Of a stretch of DNA of 64,000 nt, positions 12,038 to 25,846 are shown in pieces. Below the pieces are notes generated by a model. The model saw nothing but the letters and a program-made list of their open reading frames with translations. It made no database searches and was not told the origin of the DNA. Each line of letters starts with the position of its first letter. Positions within the stretch are counted from its first letter, which is position 1. The stretch covers positions 80,258,819 to 80,322,818 of the forward strand of contig NC_068986.1 of the NCBI RefSeq assembly GCF_001194135.2. Direction: 5' to 3'. The DNA comes from Octopus bimaculoides. Lineage: Eukaryota. The position numbers and the translations under genes are program-made.

Positions 12038-15000
12038 CACTTGATTATATACAATCCAAGATCAAACCATCTGAAATGTAGCATTGAAATAAATAACAGG
12101 AAAACAGTCTTCTCTTAGGACAGCCACAGGTAAACTGTAGCATGTGGGACTTTCTGAAAGGTCAATGAAAAGTCACCTTGATTTATTTAAGTAGTGTGGC
12201 CTGTATGAGGATAAACTATGTCTTGTGCAACCCACTTGTCAAAAGGGATTGGCTATGTCTGTCTTAAGAGATTGTCTGAAAACTTTTAATCTCAACAACT
12301 CATCTCAAACACCATTTAGATATATTTCACTCTTTAAGATATTAATTATATATTTGAGTCGATATGGGATTTTTTTTTTTTAATCAAAATGTATCTGTAT
12401 ATGGGCTGAGAGCTGTACAGATTAGCTAGCTGATAGAAATGCAGTCAAATAATTAGTTATATGGGTTTGGCAGTTCATATGTCACTGGCAGCATATTGTG
12501 TCTACAGATAAGTCCATCTAGCTCAGAGTAAATTACATAGCATCATGGTAGATTTCTAGAAGAAAACAGTAGCATTACTGTAAAGTCGATAAGTGTCTTG
12601 TTAGCTAGTAGTGAGTTCAACTTAGCCTGACTGTGTCTCATTCAGCAAGCACAACATTAATCTCTTCTCCCCCAAACACTAACCTTCTGAAATACCCTCC
12701 ATGCAGCCCACTTTTTTTTTTTTTCAGATGTTCATGGTTAAACCTTAGTGATCTCTTCAGTCTTGGAAGCCCTGCAGTAAGTCATGTGCAACTGCCCTTC
12801 CTAAATTATGCCATAAAAAGAAGGAAAAAAAAGAATGGGTACTAAGTGAGCAATGCACTCCTGAACAACATGAAGTGCTCTTATGTGAATGTTGACTTGC
12901 TAGAAATAGCAACCCAAGTGAAGCCTTACCATCTTACCCTTTTTGATATCAATCTGCTTTTACTACCCTTGCATGATCTTATAATACAAATGTTTATCTT
13001 AAAAGTGATCAAAACAAAAACCATTCAAATCAAAATTTCATGATAATTTGTTTCAAACATCCAATTAATAACAAAGTTTTACTAAATCCCTTCATCATCA
13101 TTTTAATGTCCACTTTTCCATGCTCACATGGATCAGATAGAATTTGTTGAGATAGATTTTCTATAGCCTGATGCCCTTCTTGTTACCAACCCTCACCTGT
13201 TTCAAAGTGAGATATATTTCCCCAGAATCAGACAAGTTTTCATGGAAGAATGAAAATGAAGAACACTGTTTGTATGATGGTGACACTTGCTTACAAGTAC
13301 CATGTGATGTCAAGTCAAAGAGACAGTAACCAACACACACACAGATATGATGGGTTTCTTTCAATTTTCATCTACTAAATTTACTGTCTGTTGGTTGACC
13401 CAAGGCTGTATGGAAGATATTTTGCCCAAGGTACCATACAGCAGGACTAAATCCAAAACCATGTGGTTGAGAAGCGAACTTCTTGCCACACAACCAAACC
13501 TGTGTTTTCATGATATCTGGAATCTATTTCAACAAAGGTAGTGCCTTTCAACAGAAATATAGTAACAAAAAGTTAAATAAGGTTGAACACAATGTGGATA
13601 AAAATCTCAGATACATTGAAAAAAAAAAGAACAGAAAAGAAAGATATGGTTATGGTTGGAATATTTTTTGCTCAAATGTTTGCTGAGTCAAGGCTGACCC
13701 AGGTTAAACAACCACCAGAATTTCTATCTCGGCTGTATGTAAGCACAAAACATCTAAAGGATGGAATGGAATCTATGAGCAACAAGTAATTATTTTCTTA
13801 TATTCTATTTTGTCTTTCCTCTTATAATTTATAGCAGAATCGCAACTTCTTATAAGTAATATGAAGTCAATGTTTTCTACTCAACAAACTCATGTTATCT
13901 AAATCCAAGAATAACTAGCAAAGGCTTTGGGAGTTATTTTTTTGGTTGTTTGTTTTTTAACTGATAGTATGTATTCATAACAACAAACCAATAACAACAA
14001 AACGCCTATGTTGCTTCATTATCACTGCAGCCCTTAGCAAGATAAGAGAGTTCTAAGGAAAGAAAAATAAGTATTCGGTAGAACAGGTTAAGACATAACA
14101 ACCAAAAATTTATTATAATTTTCGAAGATAAAACACACATGCACCACACAGATCAGAAACAGTCTACAAAACTCCATTTTATATCAGAATTTTTAAAAAA
14201 ATTCTCAATAAAAAACAAGAAAAGAAAATAAAGTAACCAAAAAAGAAAAGAAAGATAAGCAGCCAAAATGTTCCAATAAATAATAAACTGACAAGATGTG
14301 AAGCTCTTGGTAAATAAGACTAAGTGAGTATAAAACTAGAGACAACACTAGCAAAAACCAACAGTTAAATCTCTTGTGTTTTGAACAATAAATCTTTGTC
14401 CATTCTTTATCATCTCTGAAACTTTTTTTTTTTTTTTAATTTTATATGTTCATTCATCATGTGCTATCATAGCTGTTTTTCCTCATGTATTTTTTTGCAT
14501 TGGGTTCAACAGGGTTGTTCCACAAATACACATATTTCACCTCAACTATTTTTACAAGAGAAAAGATTTTTACAGTCAAATACCATTTGTAATATATCAA
14601 CTAACCAATCTTGAAATGGATGATGATGTGCCTGGTTTCAGTTAGGTACTATAAGGCAGAAATTGCTAAGTTAGATCCAAGAGACAGGAAGTGCTGAGTA
14701 AGAGTAATGATTTAAGGAGTTTGAAGTGGGAGCAACTTTTTCTCTTTACAATAATTACTTAAGGCCACTTTAACCCTTTAGAATTCAGGTTACACTGTCA
14801 AATGTAATACTTATTTATTCATATTGTTTTGAGTTAATCATACATTATCTCATAGCTTTAAGATTTAAATGGTATGATTGTTTACTTTTAGAATATTGTA
14901 TGTGGACATGGCCAGTTTAAATACTAAAGGATTAAGTCAATAAGTTCCCAAACTAACAGACACCTTAAATACTCCTGACCAAGTGCAAGCATACAATGCC

Positions 15001-15189
15001 AAAACATTAACATAACAATGATACCACAGATAGGGTAGATAGCTATAGTGTGCAGAACTTAATAATAAAATACGAAACAAAATAACCAACTATCTAGAAT
15101 ACCATTGTCATTTCACATCCGCTTCCCATGCTGGCATGGGTTGGGCTATACATATATTATTCCAACTATGAAACAAAAATCTTGCAAGT

Positions 15190-16516
15190 CATTATATCTT
15201 TGTGGCCTTCAAATTCCCTTTGTACGTATGGAACTCTTACGTTGATGCAAGGATTAGTAATGATTTAGTAGTGTTTGCTGTGGTGGGGTGTTGCAGGTTG
15301 AATATTAGAATAGAAGGTAGAGAATTTGATGATGTTGACTTGTTAGACACATTATTGGAGATCACATTATCATTCAGTAGCTCAGCAGGAGATAAAAAAA
15401 GCTGGTGATGTTGGCCTAATGATAACATTATCGTGATTAGCAAATGTGCTTGGGGAACGATATTTAAGAGCTATTTGTTTAACTGACACTATCTGAGTCT
15501 TTTCATCTCGTTTAATCCAGGCTGTGTTTCTGCCAGCATATATCAGATAATGTGTATCTGTAAGAAATTTCATTATATTGTTCTTATAATGAACCATTTG
15601 TCCAATCTAGTGAAAACAAATTACTGCTACTCTTAACCGTCTGCCAAGTAATTTCTCATTTCATAACTTGCATGCAATTGAGGCATTAATAAGTTGGTTG
15701 AACAAAATCTTAAGTAAATAATCATCAAACTTTCCAATTAATAACTGTAACCTTTTAATGCAGATTTGATTGTTAGCACAGCTCTATCTACTGCACCATT
15801 AGAGCTTGAATTTTGAGTAAGACTTCCAATTATCTTACAACTATGTTTAACCAGTATTTTAATGACTTCTCATCCACTGTCTGGTACTACTCTTGTTAGG
15901 AAGTCAAATTTAGAGAAAATGGAAAACAGGTATTCCCTTGTTCTCCAAACTCCTACTGGAAATTAATAAAAGCTATAATCAAAGTACTGACTGAGACTAT
16001 GATCAACACATTTCCAAATATTTATTCTTTTATCCTTTTACTTGTCTGTCACTTGGCTGTGGCCATGCTGGAGCACCGCTTTGAAGGGTTTTAGTCAAAA
16101 CAAATCGACCCCAGGATTTTTTTTTTTTAAAGCCTAGTACTTATCCTGGCAGTCTCTTGCCAAACTGTTAAGTTACGGGGACATAAACACAGGTTGCCAA
16201 GCAGTGATTGTGGGGGTGGGGACAGAAACTCACACAGGTATATACAAAGAAACATGCCATATATATATATATATATATATCTATATAAACTCTGCTTGCA
16301 AAAACCTGCTGGGACAAGCGAAAGCAAAATCGTGATGGCACCTGTGCCGGTGGCACGTAAAAGCACCCACTACACTCTCAGAGTGGTTGGCGTTAGGAAG
16401 GGCATCCAGCTGTAGAAACTCTGCCAAATCAGATTGGAGCCTAGTGTAGCCACCTGGTTCACCAGTCCTCAGTCAAATCGTCCAACCCATGCTAGCATGA
16501 TGATGATGATGATGAT

Positions 16517-16586
<70 letters not shown>

Positions 16587-17950
16587 CACATACATGACAT
16601 GTTTCTTTCAGCTTCCATCTACCAAATCCACTCACAAAGCTTTGGTCAGCCCGAGGATAAAGTAGAAGACACTTGCCCAAGGTGCCACGCAATGGGACTG
16701 AGCCCAGAACCATGTGGTTGGGAAGCAAGCTTCTTACCACACAGCCATGCCTGTACCTATTTGTATGTAAACCCAAGAAAAAGACAATCATTTAAACTGC
16801 AAGAAAATGCTCAACGTCCAAATATTTTGGAATAAACTGTTGGTAATAATAGTTTACCAGCCTTCAAATATCTAAAATTTTTCTTTCAAGTAATTGTTTC
16901 AATTAATCCATTAGTACTAGTCTTTTCTGGCCAAAATGGGAGTTCCTCCAAAGGATCTCTGAAGTAACGTTACTTGACAGGATGCACAGCTTGGAGATCA
17001 GGGAGTCTCTCCAGGTCAAGTTGCTACTTCTCCGCATTGAGAGATCACAGCCCCCGTACTACAGACGCACGATTTAGAATGTTGCAGGAAAGAACCACAA
17101 AACAGATTCTTCAAGTTGAGCTGACCAGCACAAAAGCTGGGAGTAGACCAAGAACAGGATGTTTGGATAATATCCATAGTCTCACTATGTCATGCTTGAA
17201 AATCCAGCCAGAAAGTCTAACAGTCGCTTCTAATAGAAGAGGTGCCCGAGGCTTCTACTCCCACAAACCTCTCAGGAATAGTGAGTGGAGAAGATGGCTG
17301 GATAGATTTTGTCTATTAGACTATTTGGTGGCTTGATCCCATCATTTGAAATAGTCATTCCAAGAAAATCTTTAAAGATGCCTGATTAATACATTCATTT
17401 GGAGTAATCAATATATTGGACTCTTTTAAGGCAAGCTGTGACTACATTTTCATTCATTTTCCTTTTGTTTTTTTAGAGGGGGAGGGTGCAAAGACGAGTA
17501 AGTTATCCAGATGTCTAATTATGAACTCCATACAAAGTTGGAGAATGGGGCTGCTACTTTTGAGGCCCAGCTACAATCTAATGATAAAATAAACACCTGT
17601 CCTTGTATTTACTGCATGCAATTTCTTACAGAACACATCAAAACCAATCTGCCAATATCCTTTTGAAATCAACTGGTGAAAGAAACATTGGTCCTTGCCC
17701 GATATCAACAGTGAAACTTATATTTACTAAAGGATTAGTAATTATTATACTCATGAGGTGGGACGTAATAGTTGATTGGCAGACTTTGAGAGTATTTATG
17801 AGTACCTCATGAAGGAAACAAAGAGCAAGGAATTGGGTGATTGTTTCCTTCTTCAAAAACATCCTACTTTTTTTCTGATCATCTTTTCTCCATAAAGTAG
17901 TGATAGCTGTTCTGAAAATTTGCTTATCAACTATTACACCCATCTCACAA
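15190..17950 (-). mobile_element. Heavily decayed Gypsy/Ty3 LTR-retrotransposon pol relic, interrupted by later insertions
   Basis: Motifs occur in the correct order on the minus strand: RT FLGMTISNDGIKP (~17370-17329), tether-like segment (~16950-16790), integrase FSKFDF..VVPDSG*E..SNGAVDRAVLTIKSALK (~15920-15755), C-terminal ..RPQRYND (~15200). Many stops; no LTRs found. Confidence 0.65.
16960..17300 (+). mobile_element. Restriction-like-endonuclease (R2/HERO-type) non-LTR element 3' fragment
   Basis: TTKQILQVELT and GARGF resemble REL motifs (TKQVILxELT; EVGxRGF). A related inverted copy lies at ~4385-4550. Confidence 0.55.
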
Positions 17951-18949
17951 GTGTGAATGGAGAAGCACTAAAACTTTGCTCTTTAAATATCAAGAAACAT
18001 TGTTTCAAAATCAGGAATTGGATGAAAATAGCTTGAATTCTTATTTACATATATTTTGTAATCAGCACACATTCTTAATTTTAGCATCTTTCTTTGGCAT
18101 CCAAACAAGTAGTGATGCACTGTCCACACCTTCATATAAACATGGAATTATGATTCTCATAAACTGCCAATTCCCATCATCATCATCATTTAAACATTCT
18201 AAACTGCGAAGTTTATTTTCAACCTCCTTTTTTGTATTTTATGTCTACTGGAACAACTGACTACACTGAATAAATTATATATTTAACTCATTCTAAATAT
18301 TGAAATTTTAGAGGTATAGCTTTTATCAATGACATATACTGAAAAATATAGTAACATGACTTTCCAAATATCAGCATCAATTAATCCCAATTGTAGTATT
18401 GGTTATTTTGTTTTTTACCTCCAAAATCAAGAAAAGCTGCTTAATGCCAACTACTCCTGATTTTAAACCATAAATTAAATGTCTATCTTCTTTTATCTTT
18501 CTGTACTTGTTCCAGTCATTTGAATGCAGCCAAATGAACCTCGAGGCCTTTTTTTTACTTTTTAAGCCTTGTACTCATTCTATTAGTCTCTTTTGCTGAA
18601 TCGCACAATCGCACACTTACAGGGAGGTAAACAAACCAATACTCAGGTGGTGGAGGGAGACAGACACACACACACACACACAAACAAACACAAACACAAA
18701 CAGACATCTTTCAATTTCCATCTACTAAATCCACTCACAAGGTTTTGGTCAGCCCACGCTACAGAAGACTCATCCAAGGTGCCATGCAGTGGGACTGTAC
18801 CCAGAACCATATGGTTGGGAAGCAAACTTCATACTACACAGTCACACCTGCACCTATCAGGTTTGATGTCAGAATGATAAGAATTCTTCACAGTTACTTC
18901 TTCATCAATAGACTGTTTTAAGACTTAAATCCTAAACATTAATGCTATG

Positions 18950-19150
18950 AGCTGGCAGAAACGTTAGCCAGGTAAAATGCTCAGCAGTATTTCGTCTGTC
19001 TTTATGCTCTGAGTTCAAATTCCACTGAGCTCGACTTTGCCTTTCATCCTTTTGGGGTCAATAAATTAAGTACCAGTTGTGTTCTGGGGTTGGTCTAATC
19101 GACAGGCCTTCTCCCGCAAAATTTTAGGCCTTGTGCCTAGAGTAGAAAAG
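18950..19150 (+). mobile_element. tRNA-headed SINE family B (representative)
   Basis: GCTGGCAGAAACGTTAG..CTGAGTTCAAATTCC..GACTTTGCCTTTCATCC. Related copies at ~10000-10200 (-), 28790-28900, 52975-53180, 53230-53380 and 59045-59200. Confidence 0.8.
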
Positions 19151-21373
19151 ATTAATGCTATGAACAGACTTGGTAGATTACCAGGATTTTCGTCTACAGA
19201 ATTTTATGAAATCATCTATTTTACAATCAAAGCATTTCTTCCCGTATGAAGACTGGACCAAGAAAGATGAGATGAATCCAATTTATTTTTGTCTTAGTCA
19301 ATGTACTGTCGCTGTGAAAATTTAGTCAAACAAATCAACCACACACATATGATGGGCTTCCATGAAATTCCCATCTACCAAATTCACTCACAAGGCACTG
19401 GTCAGCCAGGGGCCATGATAGCAGATTCTTGCTCGAGGTGCAGTTGGACTGAACCTGAAACCAGATGGTTGCAAAGTGAACTTCTTAACTACTAAGCCAT
19501 TATACCAGCCGCAATTTTTAACCAGTTCTCACTCAGTTACTTTTTGCATAATAGGCTATGTTTGACAAAAGTCCTTACTAGTGACCTAAAATAGGCCTGT
19601 ATTAGAACTTAGCTGTATCACTGATCCATTCTGATTGTATTATTACAACCAAGCTAACTAAGTTTGTTTTAACTGCTATATCCTAACCAGGATGCTGAGA
19701 TTAAGCAGCAAGTTAACTGACCACAGGATCATTACTCCAAATCTTATTATGACAGTTTACCTTGATATAACTGGGTAACTAAAAGGTCATATGTGATCGT
19801 GGAATGGTTGGTTAGTGATAGAAAAAAAACAGGCATGGGTTTACAGTTAAAAAGTTTACTCAGTAACACTTGCTCCCAAATTCAATCCCATACTGCAGTA
19901 CCTTGGGCCAGTGCCTTCTAACAGCCTTGGGTTGAGCAATATGTTAAGAATGTACCAGAGAGAGACGGGGGAGGGAGAGAGAGAGAGTGTGTGTGTGTGT
20001 ATGTGTGCGCGCGCATGCGTGTGCACATGTCCACGCGCGATCATTTAATGCAAGTCCCATGCTGGCCTGGCTTTGATGGTTTGGTAAGCTTCAACGGACC
20101 AGCAGAGTATGTCAAGTACCAATGTCTGCTTTGGCATGGCTAGTACAACTCGGTGCTCTCACACCAACTACATTACAGTGTACTGGGTGCTTTTTTTTCA
20201 TAGCACCAACAACAGTGGAGTCACCAAGTAACTTGCAGGACAAAGAATAAAAGTCTCCTCAGCTGAGTGGGGTGGAGTGGATGGGGGGAGGGGCTTTATT
20301 CAGGTGTTGAGAGGCTGAAGAATGATAGAAGAGGTACAGATATATTATATAAGGGTGACTAGGATAGCTGGAAAGACAGAGATGGTGGTAACAAGGTGTT
20401 AGAACATACCCCTAAATTACAAGAATGTGAATATAAGGAAACACAGACCATGGATCGAGAAGGGTGGGTAGTTAAGTCCATTAGAGTGAGAAAGGTGAGT
20501 GACAGATGGTTAGATGGGTGGTGGGTAGAGGTGAATGTAATGAATGATGTTCAGGGGTGGAGGTGATTAATGGTAAATATCAGTTGGAGGAGATGAAAGT
20601 GGAAGGAACAAGAATGACATGAGAGGGAGGAGATGATAAGTGGCAGGACAGGAAGGGTGGAGAGCAGCAGTATAATAAACATGTAGAAAGATAAAAAACA
20701 GAGTGATGATATGTAGGATGGGAAAGTGGAAGTAGAGGGAAAGAGATACAGTGACAGAGATGGATGTCAAATATGCATAGGGGTGAATATAATGAATAGA
20801 GGTGAGGGCATACTGACAGCAAATGAGGTATTGACAATAAGATGTAGTTCAAAAGGGAGGGTGAGATAACTGGAGGCACAGAAAGCAAATGATCAGTGGA
20901 AGTAAAGTGGGAAGGACTGACAAATGCAACAACATTATAAGATGCAGATGTGACTGTATGGTTAAGAACCACATGATTTCATGCTCATGTGCCTTCAACT
21001 ACAGTCCCAGGTTGGCCAAAGTCTTGAGAGGATTTGGTGGACAGAAACTGAAAGAAGCCCATCATATATACATATATATATATATATATATATTGTTGTA
21101 CTTGGGGGTGGTCATATTGCCAGTTTAGCCAATAAAAACACACGCACTGTATATTTGGTGTTAATTTGCTTCAGCTTTATATTACATTAATCTTAATCTT
21201 ATTTCGGCCAGAGCTCTTTCGTCACACTTCTGTGACCTCATCAGTGGTCCTTTGTTTCCTTCTTTCTTATGTGTGTCTCACCTTGCTAACTATCAGCCAT
21301 TTTGTATCTTGTATTCCTATTGTACAACATCTGTTTCAACACACGATTTCACATCAAAAATCTTGCAAAACAA

Positions 21374-21404
<31 letters not shown>

Positions 21405-21811
21405 CACACACACATACATACAGGTCATCATCGACTTACAACCAATCAACTTTACGATGATTGGCACACCAGCTCCCAGCAGCAATAATAAATATTCCAG
21501 TTGAAATCTAACGGGTTAAATTTCTTAGAAATTAACCCATCTACGGATGATGTCAGCTAACAAACGCTTCGATGACCATCGAGGTAACTTTGTATTTGTT
21601 TATAAGATGACTGTTTGAGACTCCAAAATTTTTGACTAATGCCAGTATAATGGTATAATACAGAATGTTGTGTGACTTTTCCCTGAGAATCTACCTTAAG
21701 AATGTAAAAATATGAAACAAAACTATGTAGGCCTATAGGCTGATTTACGACCAAATCGACTTACAACCAGTCAGTCAGAACCAACTGTGGGTATAAGCCA
21801 ATAATGACCTC

Positions 21812-21853
<42 letters not shown>

Positions 21854-21889
21854 TATAATGCTGCACATAGGTATAAACTCTTCTAGAAA

Positions 21890-22310
21890 GGTAAGTGATG
21901 AATAGGGAGTGTGGGCATACTTCTTGCAGAGAAATAAGGTCATAGAGGTAGTGAGGGTGTGCGATAGAGTTCTTAAACTCAGGCTAGTCTTGCAGAATGG
22001 AATAGCTATAATTATCTCTGCCTACACCCCACAAGCAGGACTATCAAATGAACAGAAGGATCACTTTTATGATATTCTTCTGCAGGTTACCTCAAAGACG
22101 AGTGACAATGATCTCATCTTTGTGGCTGGAGATTTTATGGGCATGTCGGACAGCATCCTGGTATCTTCCATGGTGTACATGGGGGCCATGAAGTTGGTAC
22201 CAGAAATGAAGAGGGAACTAGGCTCCTGCAGAACTCCTATTGATCTGCAACTCCAACTTCAGGAAGCCAGTTAGCCACCTGATAACCTATCAATCAGGTG
22301 ACTCTGCTGC
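21890..22310 (+). mobile_element. RTE LINE apurinic-endonuclease fragment
   Basis: VRVCDRVLKLRL..IISAYTPQAGL..KDHFYD..LIFVAGDF, the APE-domain motifs SAYAPQ and GDFN. Confidence 0.85.
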
Positions 22311-22586
22311 CCAGATTGATTTCATTCATTAATTGAGAGCATTTAAAGACAGGTTTTAATGAAGGATTCAAAATTCTGAAAATAGTAATGACTATGACAA
22401 GCACTTGAAGAAAGCTAGAAGGTAGAAACGTCTGAAATGTTGGGACCTATAACAACTGAAATGAGGACCCCAGTCCAAATATATCAGTGTATAATAATGT
22501 TATGGGTTTATTTGAGATACGCAATGGCCAAGCTTTGGTGCAGTTGAATAAGATTAAGTTAGGTCCTTATTGCAGAAAGTTTTTAA

Positions 22587-22795
22587 CCTTTTAGCATTAA
22601 AACCAGCCATATCCAGCCCAAATGTTCTACTCATCTTGTGCTCAAACTGGCCACATCTGCCTCTCACACCATACCATTCTAAAAATAAGTAATCACATCA
22701 TTGAAATCTCAAAGCTACAAGATCATGCAGGATTAATTCAAAACAATGTGAATACAAGGTATTACATTAGACAGAGTAATCTGAATGCTAAAGGG
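22587..22795. mobile_element. piggyBac-like MITE (TTAA TSD)
   Basis: TTAA|CCTTTTAGCATT ... AATGCTAAAGGG|TTAA. Related copies lie at 49477-49696 and 14774-14931, a partial copy at ~5780-5850, and a distinct relative at 48898-49054. Confidence 0.8.
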
Positions 22796-23490
22796 TTAAA
22801 GTATTCTTTTTAAAAGAATGTGCAGACATGCCAGGAATCATTATGGTTCCATAACGTTTAGCCATTAAGTTATCTCTGATCAAGTAGATCAAAAGAAGGC
22901 ATCTAAGCCATGACCATCTTGTCTTTTTATAGATGAGGCACTACATTAGTCAATGTATCTTTTTCTTCAGATGGAAAGGAAGAGGAACATCATCATCTTC
23001 CATGCATGCATGGGTAGGGCGATTGACAGGAGCTGGCCAGGTAGAAAAACTACCCTAAGCTACTGTATCTGTTTTGGCAGAGATTTCACGGCTGGATGCC
23101 CTTCCTAACACCAACCACTCCATAGAGTGGACTCAGTGCTTTTTACATGGTACTAGCACAGGCAAGATTAGTTTCGCCACGATTTTTACAGATGGATGCT
23201 GTTCCAAACACCAACCACATTATAGTGTGGGCTTTTAACGTGGTGCCAGCTTTTAATGTGGCACCAGCACTGGCAGGGTAACCAAGTAACTCACAAGACA
23301 AGGAATTACGAGAGGAGCAAGGCATTTGAGGAGGGGAACTTGTGTTAGAGGATGAAAGGTTAGAGTGTGTGACAAAGACAGAAGTAGGCGTCTCACCACA
23401 ACAGAGAGGAATCAGATGATGAAAGGTTAGAGTGAAACAAATAGCGAGGCAGAAATAAATGTCTTGCTACTGAGGAGGTGTGTGGTTAAC

Positions 23491-23526
<36 letters not shown>

Positions 23527-24828
23527 ATAGAGAGAGAGAAAAGAAATAGAGAGAGAGAGAGGTACAAGAAAGAGGCCAGAAACGTGTGCTGATGTAAAGG
23601 AGACAGTTACCTAGTCAGAAGAAAAACAAGAGGAGAAAGAGAAAGAGAGAGATAGAGTAGGAAACAACATAAGTGGAAGAGAGAGCAGAAGAGAGATGGT
23701 GTAGTGCTAGGGTATACTCACAAGTAACAAGAATATGAGTGTAGAACCTGAGTAGAAAAATAGGGTGTGGGTGTTGATTACTATTTCAAGCAGGTCAAGC
23801 TATCACACATTCCCTCTTTAGCTCATGGCTGCATATGGATAAAGGATGGACAAAATGAGGAGGAACATACAGTGCTTTGTGGGTTGGGTATCTAGAGAAT
23901 ATTCAGTTGATTTATGATGCTTTAGCACAAATGTCAGAAAACTAGTACCAAGGATTTGAGTGACAGCAAATAGTTCTACCAAAAGGTTCTATAGCTAGAT
24001 GCAACTAAGAGCTTTGCTGATATCAAGAGTAACAACTTTCTTTACAAAAGAGAGAGAGAGGTGGAGTGTTGCTCTAACATACATGTAATCCTGTGTGATT
24101 GATGAAGGAAGAAGGAAACGGTAAGAAGTATTATAAGGGGTAATTATATGATGATGATATAAAATCAAGAGCATACGTTCAATACACTACGACAGTTGTT
24201 TTGCTTCTCTTAAGCTGTCAAGCAAGATTATATGCACCACTAGTAGGCTGTCTGAGTTTACCTATGCGACATAGGTAATTATAAAAACCAATATTCAGTT
24301 TTGAAGTAAGGGCAACAGTAATAAATTGAAGGCTTTAAAAAGTTTTTCACTCATTGGGGTGACAAAATTTTCTGTAGCTCAGTTTATATACTGAGAAAAA
24401 GGAAAAAAAAAAATTAGCAAATTTAAGAGTCTGGTATGGACAGGGTCCAATTTCAAAGCAATGCTTCTGGATGATGATTGGGAAGAAATTACTGCAGTAT
24501 GCACTGAATAATGGACATGAAAAGACGATTCAAATTCTTATTTCTGTAACAATTTAGTTGAATATCAAAGCAAGCTCAGCCAATGATAACATTCCCATTG
24601 ATGGGTCCGACCCATGCAAGCATGGAAAAGTGGATGTTAAAACAATGATGATGAAGCGTTGTTAAGTTTTTTGTCTGTCCTCACCAAAATGGATAACAAA
24701 ACATAATGAATTATAATAATAAAAAACAATTATAATAACAGTTTTGCTTGCTTTTCTCAAAGTAAAGAAATGGAAACATTCTGCAATATAAAAAAAGATT
24801 ATACATAAAAAAAAAAGAGTTTACATAC

Positions 24829-24937
24829 TCAGTTATTGAAGCAAACTTGTTCACTAGCTGGGGCATACAAAATTTCAAAGGATTTAAATAGCAGGTGATG
24901 ATACGTTGAAAATTCCAACTAAGAGCTCTTCTAATGG
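24829..24937 (-). CDS. RRN3: RRN3 coding exon 12
   Basis: IRRALSWNFQRIITCYLNPLKFCMPQLVNKFASIT (human LNFERIVMSQLNPLKICLPSVVNFFAAIT). ttcag/gtatgt, 109 nt, phase 1/2. Confidence 0.95.
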
Positions 24938-25419
24938 CTGAAAGAAGATAATAAAAAAAAATTCTTAGAACAGGGACAAAAATATAAAAAAAATAAGCAC
25001 CACACAAAAACACTTCTTTGTTACACATGCAAGATTTTCAGGGATAGAAAAATAAGATTAACGACATAAAAAAAAGCAATACATAAACAACAACTTATTT
25101 TATATAAATTGGGGTGGTTGTATGGTTAGAAACTTTGATTTCCAACCACATGGTCCTGGATTCAGTTCCCAGCAAGTGTCTTCTACTAAAGCCTTGGGCT
25201 GACCAAAGCTCTGTGAGTTCTCTTGGAAGAAGGAAACTGCAAGAAACCTCTCTCTCTCTCTCCAGATGGAAAGCTCAAATAATCAAGCCTCTATAGCCCT
25301 CCACCTATCTCTTTCCTGTGCCAGTCTGCACAGTTCTGCAAAACCTCTGCCACTAGTTCTTTGATTTTATCACTAAATCTGGTTTTAGGTCTTCCTCATG
25401 CTTCCTATTGACCCTACAC

Positions 25420-25846
25420 CAGAAGCTCTCAACATGAGCAATGCTACCCTGAAGGGGGCACTGGGCATATCAAAGGAATCATTAAGGCTTTATGGGGCAA
25501 TGAGGTAACATAATTAACATACTAAATTTTACCTATAGTAGTAATTATATAATACATGATAAAAAACTAGTAATGGTTATTAAAATAAAATGGGATCTCA
25601 TAAGGCACAGGGAAGTCATTAACTTATAATGTATAAAGTAAATTTACAACTTTTGTCTTTATTAATTTTTTATCATTTCACTGTTAAAAGCTTATACAAT
25701 CCATTTTTAGAGTAAAATTTATAAATTATCATCAGTGTTAATTTAGTTTAGTCATGATACTGCATTTGCCACTTAGGTGTGTGCTGGGCATAACAACTAC
25801 TTAAAGAGTGGGAGCTACAAAAAAAAAAAAAGTTTAAGGGCCACTG
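25420..25846. mobile_element. hAT (Charlie-like) MITE
   Basis: Ends CAGAAGCTCTCAAC.. and ..TTTAAGGGCCACTG. The 8-bp flanks CCCTACAC / CCCTATGC have a central TA. Confidence 0.6.

Noticed and set aside
17020-17070. Minus-strand GAVISQ as the Gypsy RNase H motif
   Set aside because: The same bases are better explained as part of the plus-strand REL-LINE fragment.
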